A stretch of DNA of 64,000 nucleotides from Octopus sinensis (Eukaryota), in contig NC_042999.1 in assembly GCF_006345805.1 (NCBI RefSeq), forward strand, positions 55,800,001 to 55,864,000, read 5' to 3'. Shown here one piece after another: positions 24,571 to 37,907 of the stretch. The notes under the pieces were generated by a model. That model ran no database searches. It was not told the DNA's origin and worked only from the letters and a program-made list of their open reading frames with translations. The first letter of the stretch is position 1, and every line of letters starts with the position of its first letter. The position numbers and the translations under genes were made by a program.

Positions 24571-24872
24571 TTTGCTTAATTTAGAATGTGTTAACCAAGG
24601 TGACCATGCCCAGTTGAGAAAAATCAGTACTCTGTAAAGGCTTTAGAACAATAGGTTCCAGAAAATCTATGTACCTGTAAATTCGTTCTGCCTACTAAAT
24701 AATATATCCAAATAACACATCTATACCTACATCAACTGTGCCTTATCTAAAATACCCGCAATTTCTGTCTCTCTTCTAAATAACACACCTAGTCAGTCTG
24801 TATTTTAAAGTACCCATAGAGTCTATATATTTTCTATTCCATCTAGTGAAGCAACTTATTCATATATAAGTA

Positions 24873-27005
24873 CAGTGATACTTGACAATACAAGTTTAAT
24901 TTGTTCCATGATTGAGCTCATTTTACGATTTACTTGTTTTACAAATTAATTTTCCCCATTGAAAGTAACTAAAATATAATTAATTTGTTCCAGCTCCCAA
25001 AACCCACCCCAAAATAATTTTTATGGGTTTTAAAACAGAAAAGGTGTAGTTACAAGTAAAATGGCAATTATAAATAAGAGGATGCAAAAGAAATATGTAA
25101 ACTGGTTTTATTAAATGAATTACCTTAAAATGGGACAATTTGTGCACAGGGAAGACAATAGAGCAGGGAGGAGGATTACTGTTTGGAAGGAGAATCTCTT
25201 TCCATTAAGACTTCAGGAAGAGCAATTTCTGACGATTCCTCTCCCACTTCATTAGGCTTTTTGGACACACTTTCTTCATTTGCAGGTCATTTCATTAGAA
25301 AAATATCAAAAGGAAATGCACCAGAGCAGTGTCATTAAATAAAGCAGCTGCACGACCTGTAGCTATTTCTTCAGGATGATAGTTTCTTATGAATTTAGAA
25401 ACATACTGCCACTTTAACAACACTGTCTTTATGTCACTCATAGAGATAGCATTCTCCACTACACTGTCCTCCTCTGGGGAACCAATTTCTTCCACTGCAG
25501 CCAAATGCTGCTGCTCCTGAAGCTGCAGGAGTTCGTCTGTCATCAGCTCCTCTGAGTGTTTGTTCCTCAACAAGATCGTTAATCTCCCCATCATCAACCT
25601 TGAAGCCCATGTACTTGTCATGAGACACTATCTCCTTGACTACAAGTGTCTCAGACTCAAATCCCTTCATGTTTCTCTTGGATACACAGTCAGGCCACAG
25701 TTTGCTCCATGCAGACTTCAGCATTCTCCTCATTACACCCTACCAGGCCATATCAATGATTTTCAGGCAGTTTACAATGTTGTAGTGCTCTTTTAAAAAC
25801 TCATGATGGGTTAGATATGTATTTTCGGTGACTTCAAAGCACTGACAAAACAGATGTTTGGTGTACAATTTCTTAAAATTAGAAATCACCTGTTGGTCCA
25901 TGGGCTGCGAGACAGGGTTGGTGTTGTGTGAAACATACAGAACTTTCATAAATTCAAATTTGTTCAGGATATTATCTTCAAGATTAGAAGGGTGAGCAGG
26001 AGCATTGTTGAAGATGAGGAGGACCTTGAGAGGAAAATTGTTCTCCAGAAGGTACTTTTTCACTGCTGGTCTGAAGACAAGGTTGACTCACTTGGAGAAG
26101 AGTTGCCTGGTGATCCAGACTTTAATATTTGCCCTCCATATGACCTGCAGCTTCTCCTTCAGGATTTTGCATGACTTGAACACCTGTGGATTTTCGGAAT
26201 GGTAAACAAGGAGCAACTTAATTGCTAAGTTTCCACTCACATTGGCACAAAGGGCAAGAGTTAACCTGTCTTTCATTGGCTTGTGGCCTAGCATTTTCTT
26301 CTCCTCTGCATTTATATAGGTTCTTCCGGACATTTTTTTTCTTTTTTACAAAAAAGGCCACTTTCATCATAGTTGAACACTTGTTGTGCAATGTACCCCT
26401 CAGCTGTGTTGAGCTGATGGAATTTACTCTCGAAATCTTCAGCTGCCTTCATGACTTGCTGCTTCTCCATATCTGACTAACACTATGGACACCAGTTCTC
26501 TTTTTGAAATTATCAAACCAACCACGACTGGCCTTAACTGCATCAGCTGATGTCTTCTCCATCAATGTTCCAGGGTTCTGTTTCAGGAGATCCCCATACA
26601 GTATTCATGCTTTCTTTCAGAGGATGGTCTCCACAATCGTATCCCCTGCAAGTTGCTTCTCATTGATCCACAAGAGAAGCAATTTTTCCATCCTTTCATG
26701 GATGGATATGTATTGCTTAGAAAGCCTGAAGACATCCTTTACTGTTGTAATGGCCTTGATCTCGTCCTTTTTCTTCAGGATGGTGCAGATCGTCAACATA
26801 CTTTGGTCGAACTGAGTGACTGGATACAGTGCTTGTAGTGAGTGAAGACTGTGCTTGTGAGCTCAGCGCAACTAGCAGTCACTTGTATGAAATACACTCA
26901 TACTGTGGATTTCCACTCATACTTCAAGACAAAAATTCTCACATGCCTCAGTTCATACAGCAAACAACCCATACAATGGTGCACTCGTACTGGGCGGTTG
27001 TACCA
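24873..27005 (-). mobile_element. Tigger/pogo-type DNA transposon, decayed (CENP-B-like HTH plus DDE_1 transposase)
   Basis: Minus-strand peptides TICTILKKKDEIK...MEKLLLLWINEKQLAGD, RTYINAEEKKMLGHKPMKDRLTLALCANVSG, and KVLLIFNNAPAHP...PMDQQVISNFKKLY. The left terminus is TA|CAGTGATAC; the right terminus is approximate. Confidence 0.9.
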
Positions 27006-27132
27006 TATTACAATAAAATTAAAAGAAAAATATATAACAAAGATGCAGTTTGAAGAAAAAAGACACTAGTGTCCATCTTAACAATATCTGTTTAAGATGT
27101 TATGATGCCACAACCACACTAGGGAAAATATA

Positions 27133-27329
27133 CAAGGGGTACTTAAAAGTTCCTGGCTTGAAGGGTATTGTGAAAAGCCTGGTTGAATGCCCACCCTTCC
27201 AAGTTCTTTTATAAGGCTTAGAAAACCTGAAGGACCACCTGAAGTGTGTGAATCTGAGAGGAGAATATATTGCATTCATAATTAACTGATCCTTCTACCC
27301 AAAGCCAGGAACTTTTCGGCACCCTCTTG
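27133..27329. mobile_element. Tc1/mariner-derived MITE (197 bp)
   Basis: TIRs CAAGGGGTACTTAAAAGTTCCTGGCTT / AAGCCAGGAACTTTTCGGCACCCTCTTG, with TA on both sides. Confidence 0.8.
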
Positions 27330-27892
27330 TAGCTATTAATAAATTGCTAATTAGGATCAAGGGAAATAATGGGAAAGTGAAGTTGATATGTCATAGGAGG
27401 GGAAGACAGTCATGTTGCTTAGATTCAAACATTGCCTCTGAAGAAAGGCATTTTTTCCTCCTTCTCACATGAACCGTTTCTCAGTATATACCTATTTCTG
27501 TAGCTCATAAAATACCATTCATATCCATAGTTCAATTCATCAAATATGAATGGAATGAAACAAATTATAATTTTTCGTTAAAAAATCAGACATTTCCTCA
27601 AGTCAAATGCTTCAAATTATATATCCTTGATTGACAAACCAAAATTTCTAAATCAAAGCAAAATATCATTTCAGATTGCTTCCAGTTGAATACTGAAGAC
27701 ACTTGTCACTTTATCTGAACATTCCACATAGAAAAGCTCCGTAACTGAATGCTTGTTAGAAACAAACTCATTGATTGGCTAAAATTACATTTGTTCTTTG
27801 TCACTTATATAGTCTTATATATGTTCATTGGTTCAAATAATTCTTTCCTTACTTTTGTTACATGCATAGCAGTTATTTGAAATAAGTGACAT

Positions 27893-28295
27893 AGGTGTAG
27901 AAGTGGCTGTGTGGTAAGTAACTTGCTTACAAACCACATGGTTCCAGGTTCAGTCCCACTGCGTGGTACTCTGGGCAAGTGTCTTCTACTATAGCCTTCA
28001 GCCGACCAAAGCCTTGTGAGTGGACTTGGTAGGTAGAAAATGAAAGAAGCTTGTCATATATATGTATATATAAATATATATATGTATGTGTGTGTATCTG
28101 TGTTTGTCCCCCCAACATCACTTGACAACCGATGCTGGTGTGTTTACGTCCCCATAACTTAGCGGTTCGGCAAAAGAGAGTGATAGAATAAGTACTAGGC
28201 TTACAAAGAATAAGTCCTGGGGTCGATTTGCTCGACTAAAGGCAGTGCTCCAGCATGGCCACAGTCACATGACTGAAACAAGTAAAAGAGTAAAT
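27893..28295 (+). mobile_element. SINE family A, full length
   Basis: Head GGTGTAGAAGTGGCTGTGTGGTAAG through the tail GAAACAAGTAAAAGAG. Confidence 0.93.
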
Positions 28296-29456
28296 ACAGA
28301 GAGTAAAGAGAGAGAAATTATTCAAAATCACATTCACATGTAAAACTACAGTGAAATTTGTCATATATAATGTAGTGACTATTTAATTAGTAATTAGCTA
28401 ATTATTAATTAATTAGTAATGATTAAACAGTAAAGAAAAGATATTACTAGTCAACAAGTAATATTAGTTGAATTAGTCCAGTATCTACAGGTGTTTCAAT
28501 CTTATTAGACTTCATCAACTATGTATATACCTCTGTCTTTGCTGAAGTAGAAATGAGAAAGTCACAAAGTAGGTGTGATGATTAGTATAATTTAGAAAAT
28601 AAAATTACAGACAGAAATTAGCAATGGACACCATCCAAATGAAAAGTAATAGCGAAGCTAGTGTTAGCATAGTTAAAGGAATGAGCATTAAAAACAAACT
28701 CAGGAAAGATAATATTGATTGTGATGTCTGATGTCAGTATTAATTTTACATTGAACCTAATAATTTCAGAGCTTCAGTAAATTACTATTTGCCATATTCC
28801 TTGCAGTCATATGGTAAAAAGGAAAGAAATATAAACATCTTCAGCAATATCATTAATCAAAACACTAACAACCATAGTAACAGCAATAATAAGTGGAACA
28901 ACAATCATAGCAGTACTTGGGAAATCCAATCATAAAAACAGAAGCCTGGTTTTGCTGTTGTAAGATATTTTCTTTCTACAGCAGGAAAATTTTCACAGAA
29001 AATGTTGACAAAATATCACATAAAAGATTTCTATAATTATGCTTTCTGTTTCAAGACAAGATGGAGAACAGTCTCAGCTCATGCACTTCTGTGTTCACTT
29101 TTAATTTGTCCTTGTCATGTGAACTGAATAACTAAATAGAGCAATCACCTGCAATTTTCCAACATCGGATCATACCGGATGTAATGTTGATCCCATCCAG
29201 AAGTTATGATGAAGTAAATATACATCCAGGAATTAGTTTAGTAGATATTGTTGGAATGCTGTCACGTTAGCTTTGCAGAGTGTAAAAAAAAAACAATATT
29301 TTCTTTCATTTATTGTTGAAAATAATCTAATGAAAATATTATGAAGGATAAGGGAAAAAATATACCTCCACAAATGTTTATCATTCCTGCCTTAAATATA
29401 TACATTATTACAGTAAAGTTGATAAATACATACATGCTTACACATACACACACACA

Positions 29457-29541
<85 letters not shown>

Positions 29542-29659
29542 ATAAAAGACATTTGCTATTCCCGAGTGTTATACTAATACATCTGTTCGTTTTGTACACC
29601 ATCTATCTTTGTCTTTGTTTTTTTCGTAAACTCTCCCTATATATATATATATATATAGC

Positions 29660-29860
29660 TCTGTCTGGCACCTGTAGGGGTGACACGTAAAAAGCACCCA
29701 CTACACTCACGGAGTGGTTAGCGTTAGGAAGGGCATCCAGCCGTAGAAACACTGCCAGATCTGACTGGGCCTGATGAAGCCTTCTGGCTTCACAGACCCC
29801 AGTTGAACCGTCCAACCCATGCTAGCATGGAAAACGGACGCTAAACGATGATGATGATGA
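29660..29860 (+). mobile_element. SINE/LINE-tail family C (RTE-like 3' end with (GAT)n tail)
   Basis: AAAAGCACCCACTACACTC...TTAGGAAGGGCATCCAGCCGTAGAAAC...CAACCCATGCTAGCATGGAAAACGGACG...GATGATGAT. It recurs at 36190, 36690, 42264 and 53385. Confidence 0.8.
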
Positions 29861-30557
29861 TATATATATATATGTATATGTGTATGTATATAATTTAGAG
29901 AAAAACCTCTATTAAGCAATTCAATAAAGAAAGATGTTATTCACATCATATAAAAAACATATACGATTAAAAAACCTTATTTTAAATCAATAAAGTACAA
30001 TTAATAGTAAATGGTAGTATTTACTATTTATTGTACTTTATTGATTTTTATAATAAGGTTTTTTTTTATAGTATATGTTTTCTATATGGCGTGAATAACA
30101 TCTTTCTATATTGAATTGTTTAATAGAGGTTTTTCTCTAAATTATATACATATATTATATATTGTGAAATTTGATTTAAAATTGTTAAATTGAATTTTTC
30201 CCTGTAAGTTTTGGAATTATATTCCCTACTATTATTATTATAATATTTATATATATATATATATATATAAATCTTTAGTTAAACATATTCAATGAAAATA
30301 TTATATACTGTATTTACATTAATTGCTCTATTGTATCAAAGTATTAATACTATTAAAGTATTTATACATTTAACATGAGCGATTATTTATATTATATGGT
30401 ATATTGTTATTAATATCAAGAAATCAATATTAGAAAATTCTTCAGAAAGATATATACATGTATAGAATAAGTGTTGTATTAAAAATATAGATATATATAA
30501 ATATATAATAGATATATATAAATATATATATAATAGATATATATAAATATATAATAT

Positions 30558-30723
30558 AGGCGCAGGAGTGGCTGTGTAGTAAGTAGCTTGCTAACCAACC
30601 ACATGGTTCCGGGTTCAGTCCCACTGCGTGGCATCTTGGGCAAGTGTCTTCTGCCATAGCCCCGGGCTGACCAATGCCTTGTGAGTGGATTTGGTAGACG
30701 GAAACTGAAAGAAGCCTGTCGTA

Positions 30724-30770
<47 letters not shown>

Positions 30771-30975
30771 TTGTGTGTCTGTGTTTGTCCCCCTAGCATT
30801 GCTTGACAACCAATGCTGGTGTGTTTACATCCCCGTCACTTAGCGGTTCAGCAAAAGAGACCGATAGAATAAGTACTGGGCTTACAAAGAATAAGTCCCG
30901 GGGTTGATTTGCTCGACTAAAGGCGGTGCTCCAGCATGGCCGCAGTCAAATGACTGAAACAAGTAAAAGAGTAAA
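30558..30975 (+). mobile_element. SINE family A, full length, young-looking
   Basis: Consensus-like copy that retains most CpGs. Confidence 0.95.
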
Positions 30976-31658
30976 AGTGTATATGCAAATATGTATAAAT
31001 ATATAATAATAAATATGACAGTTTAAAAGTTTTGAATTAAGTTTTTTAAGTATCTTATGATCATTTCGCAGAAGTTTTGTCCCTATAATAGAATCCTATA
31101 TTGATAAGCATTTATAGACAACTCTTCTACTCCTCAGAGATATAAAATGTGAAATTTGTATAATTTATTGAATGGTAGTTTGTTTTTTTTTAAATATAAA
31201 GTAATATTTTAAAATGGTGTTTGTTTGAAATATAAATTAAAAATTACTGCTTTTGATTTTAATATTAATAACAATATATTTGATTTTTGATATTAATAAC
31301 AGTATATAATATGTGTGTGTGTGTGTGTGTGTGTGTGTATACTATATTAAGGATTCTGGTGAGAATTGGGGGATCTAATCTTTTTCATTTGCAAAATCAG
31401 CCCCCTTTAAGTTTTGCTCAGATTGCTTTCAGTTTTGGTATATCGATTCAACTCTGAATTTTGATTATGATCCAAAGCTCAATATTGTCCAGGGGAATGA
31501 CTTTTATGTAGATTTACAGAAACCCAAAATATCATACAAGACAAATCTGCAGGCCATTTTCATTTTCACTGGCATGAGACTACAAAATAACAACATAACT
31601 GCTGTTTCATTGATTTAATCTTGTCACTTCTAATTCTGAGGTAAATAATGTTACCAAC

Positions 31659-31728
31659 CTATCCATAGACAAAGCAATTTCCAACAGAGCAGCCTCCTTT
31701 CTTGAAGTACTATCCAACTGTTGCTCTC
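31659..31728 (-). CDS. Candidate 70-nt exon (GEQQLDSTSRKEAALLEIALSMD) of an unidentified gene
   Basis: Acceptor CTTCTCAG and donor AG|GTTGGT. It is phase-compatible with candidate exon 32760-32788. A second frame is also open, so the frame is unresolved. Confidence 0.35.
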
Positions 31729-32089
31729 CTGAGAAGCTATATTATGCAAGTAATATCACTACTACCACATGATCAGGGAACATTTAAGAATATGAAAGCA
31801 ATTTGGTTTAACCCTTTCATAATTTAGACATCTTCCTGAATATAGGAGGCACAAAATTGCCATAAGTTCTGTAGTGCACACCCTGTTAAGGTTACCTATT
31901 TTGTCTAAATAATAATAGCTAACCTTACACCATCAAACAAGCCAAAAACAGAAATACACATTTACACAGTCCCAACCTCAATAACCATCTTAAAGTTGTC
32001 AAAATAAGTCCACTTGTGGTGTGCCTAAGAAATTATGCATTTTCAAAAGAATGATATGCTGAACATCAGTTACACAATCTAATACAATC

Positions 32090-32486
32090 CAGTGGAAGTA
32101 CATGGAGCTCACCACTAATGTCTTCAGTAGACATGACAGTCTGTACCCCTTTAAGTCTGTACTCCTTTAGGTCTGAAAAATGCAATATATGGGAGAAAAT
32201 GCAAATATATGGGAAACTACCACCTGTGTCATCTCTTGTGAAAGGTAGGAGAGTCCAGTTTGCTGGACATTGTTGTAGAGCTGAAAAAGAAGTAATTTCT
32301 ACTCTTCTCCTCTGGAAGCCATCTACTCGCAATACCAGAGTGCGCACACTCTCCTACCCTGATGTAATCTCCAGGGATACAGGCATCCAGCAACAGGACC
32401 TCCGTAACGCCATGATGGACCATGAAGTCTGGCGTAGCATGGTAAATTCCATTGTCTCGACCACGGTCGAACAATGATGATGATTA
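32090..32486 (+). mobile_element. RTE-clade LINE 3' end (5'-truncated)
   Basis: ORF 32118-32477 has RRVQFAGHCCR...LLLWKP...YPDVISRDTG...MMDHEVWRSMV. The stop codon runs straight into a TGATGATGAT tail. Confidence 0.9.
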
Positions 32487-32759
32487 GGTCTGTACTCCAC
32501 TGCTCTGTCACAATCTATCTGAAAGTAACCAAGGACATCACTGCCCTACAATAACTTATAATAGTAGTGACACTGCTACACCACATTTCAACAGACTGTG
32601 CAATGGTAGACTTTGCATATCTGAAAAGTTCCAGATACTAATATAACCCGCAATATCCTCAAAAGAAAACCTGAGTTGTTGTCCAACTGCCACCACGGGT
32701 GGAAATTCCTTTTGCAGAATTTTTAGTCAGCCCCACATCTCAAACCAGATGCAATTTAC

Positions 32760-32788
32760 CAGGGTCGACAACACTTTCAGCATCACAA
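32760..32788 (-). CDS. Candidate 29-nt micro-exon (CDAESVVDP)
   Basis: Pyrimidine-rich acceptor TTATTGTTTAATGTTAG and donor G|GTAAAT. It retains a CpG inside a CpG-poor region. Confidence 0.3.
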
Positions 32789-33194
32789 CTAACATTAAAC
32801 AATAAGAATCAACCTTATTAATAACTATTAAAGACTGGTTTTCACCACTGACTTGAAGATGGATTTTCATTCATTAAACATGTCAGAAAGACCACTAGCT
32901 GACTTTCTGTGTGTATGTGTGAAAGTTTGGTGCCTCAATGAATCTCGATGAGTGCGTATGTGTGTGTGTGTGTGTGTGTGTGTATTGTGTGTGTGTGTGT
33001 ATTGTGTGTGTGTGTGTATTGTGTGTGTGTGTGTGTATTGTGTGTGTATGTTTCTGCTAACTATAAATGTATAAACAATTTTATGTTTGAACACCAGTCT
33101 GTACGATAGTATCTTTATACTAGATATTTGAATAAGAATATATTTTTCTTCTGAATATATGCATTGTCTTGTGCATATGTATGCCTGCATACAA

Positions 33195-33229
<35 letters not shown>

Positions 33230-33329
33230 TGTGATTCTTACCTTATATATAATACATATCGGTATTTTATATATGGTCTTTTCAAAAGCAAAATTCTTTT
33301 TGATCCAAAGAGAATTCAATGACATATTC

Positions 33330-33452
33330 TTTACCACCAGCACCGCAACCACCAACAACACCACTTCCTCTATATCAGGAATATTATATATCCATACATA
33401 CACACATACATATGTATGTATGTACATATGTGTGTGTACACACAAACACACA

Positions 33453-33491
<39 letters not shown>

Positions 33492-33990
33492 GACATTCTT
33501 TCTCCAACGGTTTGACAGTAGAAGGTTGGACACTACACATTCCAATACAATGATTGACTTTCCATCTTTATCATCACAACAGCCACACCATCAACAACAA
33601 CACCACCACAACCGCCACTGCCACTGTCGCCACATCACCACCACCATCCCCACCATTACCACCGTCACCACCACTACCATCACCACAACCACCACCACTG
33701 TCTCCATCAACACTGCTACCATCACTACCAAAATCCCAGTCACAATTGCTGCCACTGTCAATGCATCACCATCAATATGACCATCACCACAGACATCATA
33801 ACCACCACCACCACCACCACCACCACCGCCACTGTCACCACCACCACTACTACCATGACCACGATAACAACAACCACCACTACCACATCACAACCACTGC
33901 TACCACCACCACCACCACCACTAGCATGACTGTTATCAGTAGCACCAACATCACCACAGCCACCACCATCACCCGACTACCATTAACAGT
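33330..33990. repeat. Low-complexity (CA)n and degenerate (ACC/CAT)n tract
   Basis: Direct reading. It explains the poly-His/Thr ORFs in the track. Confidence 0.9.
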
Positions 33991-34112
33991 GATCAGGGCA
34001 GTCAATTTCTTTATTGACCATGAAGTTGAGAAAACATCTATTTGTTGTCTACACCACCTGTCTTCGTCTTTTGTTTTTTTGTGAATTCTCTGCATACATA
34101 TATATATACATA

Positions 34113-34280
34113 TATGATGGGCTTCTTTCAGTTTCCATCTACCAAATCCACTCACAAGGCTTTGGTCGGCCGAAGGCTATAGTAGAAGACACTTGCCCAA
34201 GGTGCCACGCAGTGGGACTGAACCCGGAACTATGTGGTTCATAAGCAAGTTACTTACCACACAGTCACTCTTACACCTAT
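34113..34280 (-). mobile_element. SINE family A head (older copy, insertion target)
   Basis: Family A 5' half. Its terminal 107 bp are identical to 36498-36604. Confidence 0.9.
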
Positions 34281-34529
34281 ACTCTTACTCTTTTACTCTT
34301 TTACTTGTTTCAGTCATTTGACTGCGGCCATGCTGGAGCACCGCCTTTAATCGAGCAACTCGACCCCGGGACTTATTCTTTTGTAAGCCCAGTACTTATT
34401 CTATCGGTCTCTTTTGCCAAACCGCTAAGTAACGGGGACATAAACACACCAGCATCGGTTGTCAAGGAATGCTAGGGGGACAAACACAGACACACAAACA
34501 CACACACGCATATATATATATATACATAG

Positions 34530-35390
34530 GTCCGAGTGGCCCGTGGGTAACGTTTACAGTTTGGAGGTGATGGAATTCCTCACCATGAGTCCTACACCTG
34601 ACACGTTTTTCAGATGATGGTTTTCCAGACCAGAAGTGGGTGTAGCCAGCGCTGCGTTCTTTGAGGCTGCCCTCGTCAGCGAAGCGGACCTTGCTGAGAG
34701 CTGCTATGTCAATGTTGAAACAAGAGAGTGCATGAGCTGAGAGCCGAACGACGTTCCGGGCGGCTGCTGTCAGCCTTGTCAAGCATGGTCCTGACATTCC
34801 AGCAGCCAACTTTCAACTCCTGCTTACTTTTCTTCAGTTTTGTTTCCATGTTTGTTCGACCACTCTGAAAATGCCCGTTGACCGCAGTTAGCCAACTGGG
34901 TATAGAGGAGATGAGCTTTGTTTAGGCGAACCTTTTCTACCGCCCCTCTCCATGTGGAGCAGGCAATGCTCTCCCTGGTCGCTCAGGATGCTGCTGAGTG
35001 GTGTTGTCACCTCCAGGTTGACAACCAGGCGACCAAAGTCCTGAGCCACCTACATGTAGGGTTGAGACTAGGGCTTCCAGTGACATCTTCCACCTGCCGC
35101 TTTCGCCCCTTTCCCATCACTGCAAGGCTTTTAGGATGGCTGGTCACAGAACATGGACATGTCCTTTGGCCTGCGCTAGGGATTTTTTAAGGTGAAGTGC
35201 AGTGCACGCAAACTGGCCCCACCCTTTAAGCATGAGGTTCATTTGCCATGGCCTAGCAAGCTGGGACAGTGACAGCTAGATCCTCGGGCCGTAGGTTTGA
35301 AGTCGGAATTATCCTCTCCTAGGAGGGTTGCCAACCATGGCTGACGAGCCCCTCCTGCCCATGACACCCAAACCATGGTGAAAGAGAGAA
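34530..35390 (-). mobile_element. RTE-clade LINE 5' part (5'UTR plus endonuclease N-terminus), 3'-deleted
   Basis: ORF 34462-34809 contains AHALSCFNIDIAALSKVRFADEGSLKERSAGYTHFWSGKP, a typical RTE APE N-terminus. Confidence 0.88.
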
Positions 35391-36189
35391 AAGGATCCAT
35401 GGTTTTCAGTAAGCGTATACTACCTGGTTGCCTAGGCCGGAGTAGGGGGTTAGCTTAAGAAACCCCACCTGGAGCCTTTGACTAAAAAGTCTATCTACAA
35501 GGCAGCAGAGCGAGATCAGGGAGTCGCACCCATTGATAGATGATGACGAGGAGACTAGTTCATACGCCTTTGCTTGGTCATTAACCAAACCGGGGTCCCA
35601 ATGATCACGAAATGCCATTTGAGCCGTTGACCAAAATTGTATCCCTCTTCTGGGATACAATGCCTCGGGCAAGACAAGGGACAGTGATAATACAATATGT
35701 ACATTTTCACCATTCACTATCATTTCTTCTCCGACTTAAAGCGATGTCCATAAGCAAGCTAAGAAGATTTCTCCCTTCTTTTTCATACATACATACATTT
35801 GTCTACCGTTTAAATGTTTTGAACTTATAACCACCAATCTGCTTTGCTTTCCTTTTCTTTCTATATGCCACCCTAAAAACATCGCCATTCCCGCCCGTTT
35901 CTCTAAAGTTCAACCTTCGCATATTCCCGGTGCACCCGCCCTTGCCCACCCCCACCACCAATACCGGATATCTCTATATTTTTGCTCCATCTATACCGGA
36001 TGTCGCTTCTCCCACCACCATTATAGGTGTCTACTCTTTGAACCCCCCTCTTCAACACGCTATTTCACCATGCATTACCCCTCTCTTGATATCCTACGTT
36101 CTACTTGCCTAGAACCTGTCATCATTTCTCTGAACCACCCCTCCCCACTTGTGCTCCCCTATATATTTCTGCACCCCCCCCCCCACATA

Positions 36190-36435
36190 AAAAAAGCACC
36201 ATCCGAACGTGGCCGATGCCAGACCCCTCTGGCACCTGTGCAGGTGGCACGTAAAAAACACCCACTACACTCGCGGAGTGGTTGGCATTAGGAAGGGCAT
36301 CCAGCTGTAGAAACACTGCCAGACTAGACTGGAGCCTGGGGCAGTCCCTAGCTCCCCAGACCCCGGTCGAAACCGTCCAACCCGTGCTAGCGCGGAAAAC
36401 GGATGTTAAACGATGATGATGATGATGATGATGAT
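36190..36435 (+). mobile_element. Family C element
   Basis: GTGGTTGGCATTAGGAAGGGCATCCAGCTGTAGAAAC...CAACCCGTGCTAGCGCGG...(GAT)n. Confidence 0.8.
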
Positions 36436-36689
36436 ATACGACGGGCTTCTTTCAGTTTCCATCTACCAAATCCACTCACAAGGCTTTGGTCGGCCCGAGG
36501 CTATAGTAGAAGACACTTGCCCAAGGTGCCACGCAGTGGGACTGAACCCGGAACTATGTGGTTCATAAGCAAGTTACTTACCACACAGTCACTCTTACAC
36601 CTATGTTAACAAAATATTGCAAAAATTTTGACTCAAAACAATATATGGATACACTCACATCTATGCATTTGCTGGTGCTGAGTAAACAC

Positions 36690-36900
36690 ACCCGTACCAG
36701 TGGGACATAGAAAGCACCCAGTACACTCTGTGAAGTGGTTGGTGTTAGGAAGGGCACTCCACTATAGCAACCATGCCACAACAAACACTTAGAGTCTGGA
36801 CAGCTCCCTAGAGGGACAGCTCCCTAGCTGGCCAGCTCCATGTCAAACCGTCCAACCCATGCTAGCATGGAAAGCAGACACTAAATGATGATGATGTTCA
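36690..36900 (+). mobile_element. Family C element, diverged
   Basis: GTGGTTGGTGTTAGGAAGGGCA...CAACCCATGCTAGCATGGAAAGCAGAC...GATGATGAT. Confidence 0.75.
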
Positions 36901-37242
36901 TGATGTATATGTATGTTTTATATGTGTGTTAATATTGATGTAACATTTATCATATAACTGAGAACATTATGAAACAGACAGTAAATGTATATAATAAACA
37001 TCAACTCTCTCACCTCACTTCTCTTATCTGTTCTATTTATATATATATTTACTCCACTATTGTGCCACCTGGATTTTCAGAAGGATGCTAAGGTTTACCC
37101 TAATCTCTACATCTCTACAATGGTCATTCTTATTAGTCATGCAATTGGGGAAGAGGCTAATGTGAGATCAGTTTGTTTCTTTGAATCCCTATTATTACTA
37201 CATATATATATATATATATATATATCATATGTTATATATATA

Positions 37243-37620
37243 CTAGCTAACATACCCAGTAATTCCTGGAAAAGCAGGGCTTATCTTTTGGTTCTGTTCT
37301 CATAATTGTCTTTCTAATCCAATAATGACAATACAAAGTATATAGCCCTTAAAATGGTATTTGTGCATTTACAGAGAATACTGAACTGTCTTATGTAGGA
37401 TCTTGTTTTTAGGAAATCCCAATAAGTTATGAATACCCAAATCATGAAGCCATTTACGTAATAACATGAAATTAGTTACACAATAGTAGGAATTCAAATA
37501 AAGTAGCCTTGAAAAGGGCTTTAATGTATTCTCAGAATATATAGAACTTAGAAGGAAATACCAAAAGCGTATGAGTACGAAAATCATGAAGCATGTTACA
37601 TAATAACAGGCTAATTAGAT
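37243..37620 (-). mobile_element. Probable Helitron 3' terminus (fragment)
   Basis: TACTAGC in a (TA)n context, followed by hairpin CCAG-TAATTC-CTGG, the same layout as at 16316 and 42963. The extent is uncertain. Confidence 0.45.
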
Positions 37621-37865
37621 ATGAGATAATAACAATTCAAAGTAAATAACTCTGAAACGGGCTTTGTGTGTTCCCAGAAAGTATAACCCTTAGATTTACA
37701 ATGAATGTAGAAACGGGCTGACATTTAGTTTTACAGTAGACATACAAATAAATTTGCATATAGATTTAAAAACAAAATAACATGTAGATTATATAAAAAC
37801 AAATATATATATATATGGAAAAACAAGTCAAGATAGAAAATGCTAAAATAATTTTATAAAGAACA

Positions 37866-37907
37866 TTTCAGTACCGGTTTCAGTCATTGAGACTTTTTCA
37901 ACTGTAA
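37866..37907 (-). ncRNA. Minimal type-I hammerhead-like motif with G8A (and C3U) changes
   Basis: Minus strand reads TTACAG-TTGAAAA-AGTC TCAAT GACT-GAAAC-CG-GTA-CTGAAA. Stem II is AGTC/GACT, stem III the palindrome ACCGGT, and stem I CAG/CTG. Confidence 0.55.

Larger units (their letters stand above)
34285..36604 (-). mobile_element. SINE family A split by nested insertions (tail 34285-34520, head 36436-36604)
   Basis: The tail and head halves are in the same orientation and are separated at the internal microsatellite by RTE and family C sequence. Confidence 0.8.

Noticed and set aside
29760-29790. CTGATGA as a hammerhead core
   Set aside because: It lies inside a family C element, with no downstream GAAA/stem III or stem I partner.
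31433-31610. Plus-strand exon FWYIDSTLNFDYDPKLNIVQGNDFYVDLQKPK
   Set aside because: The frame hits TAA before the only strong donor (31641) and conflicts with the minus-strand candidates nearby.
33319-34155. His/Thr-rich protein ORFs
   Set aside because: Degenerate ACC/CAT trinucleotide tract, open in several frames on both strands. A complementary tract occurs at ~55680-55900.
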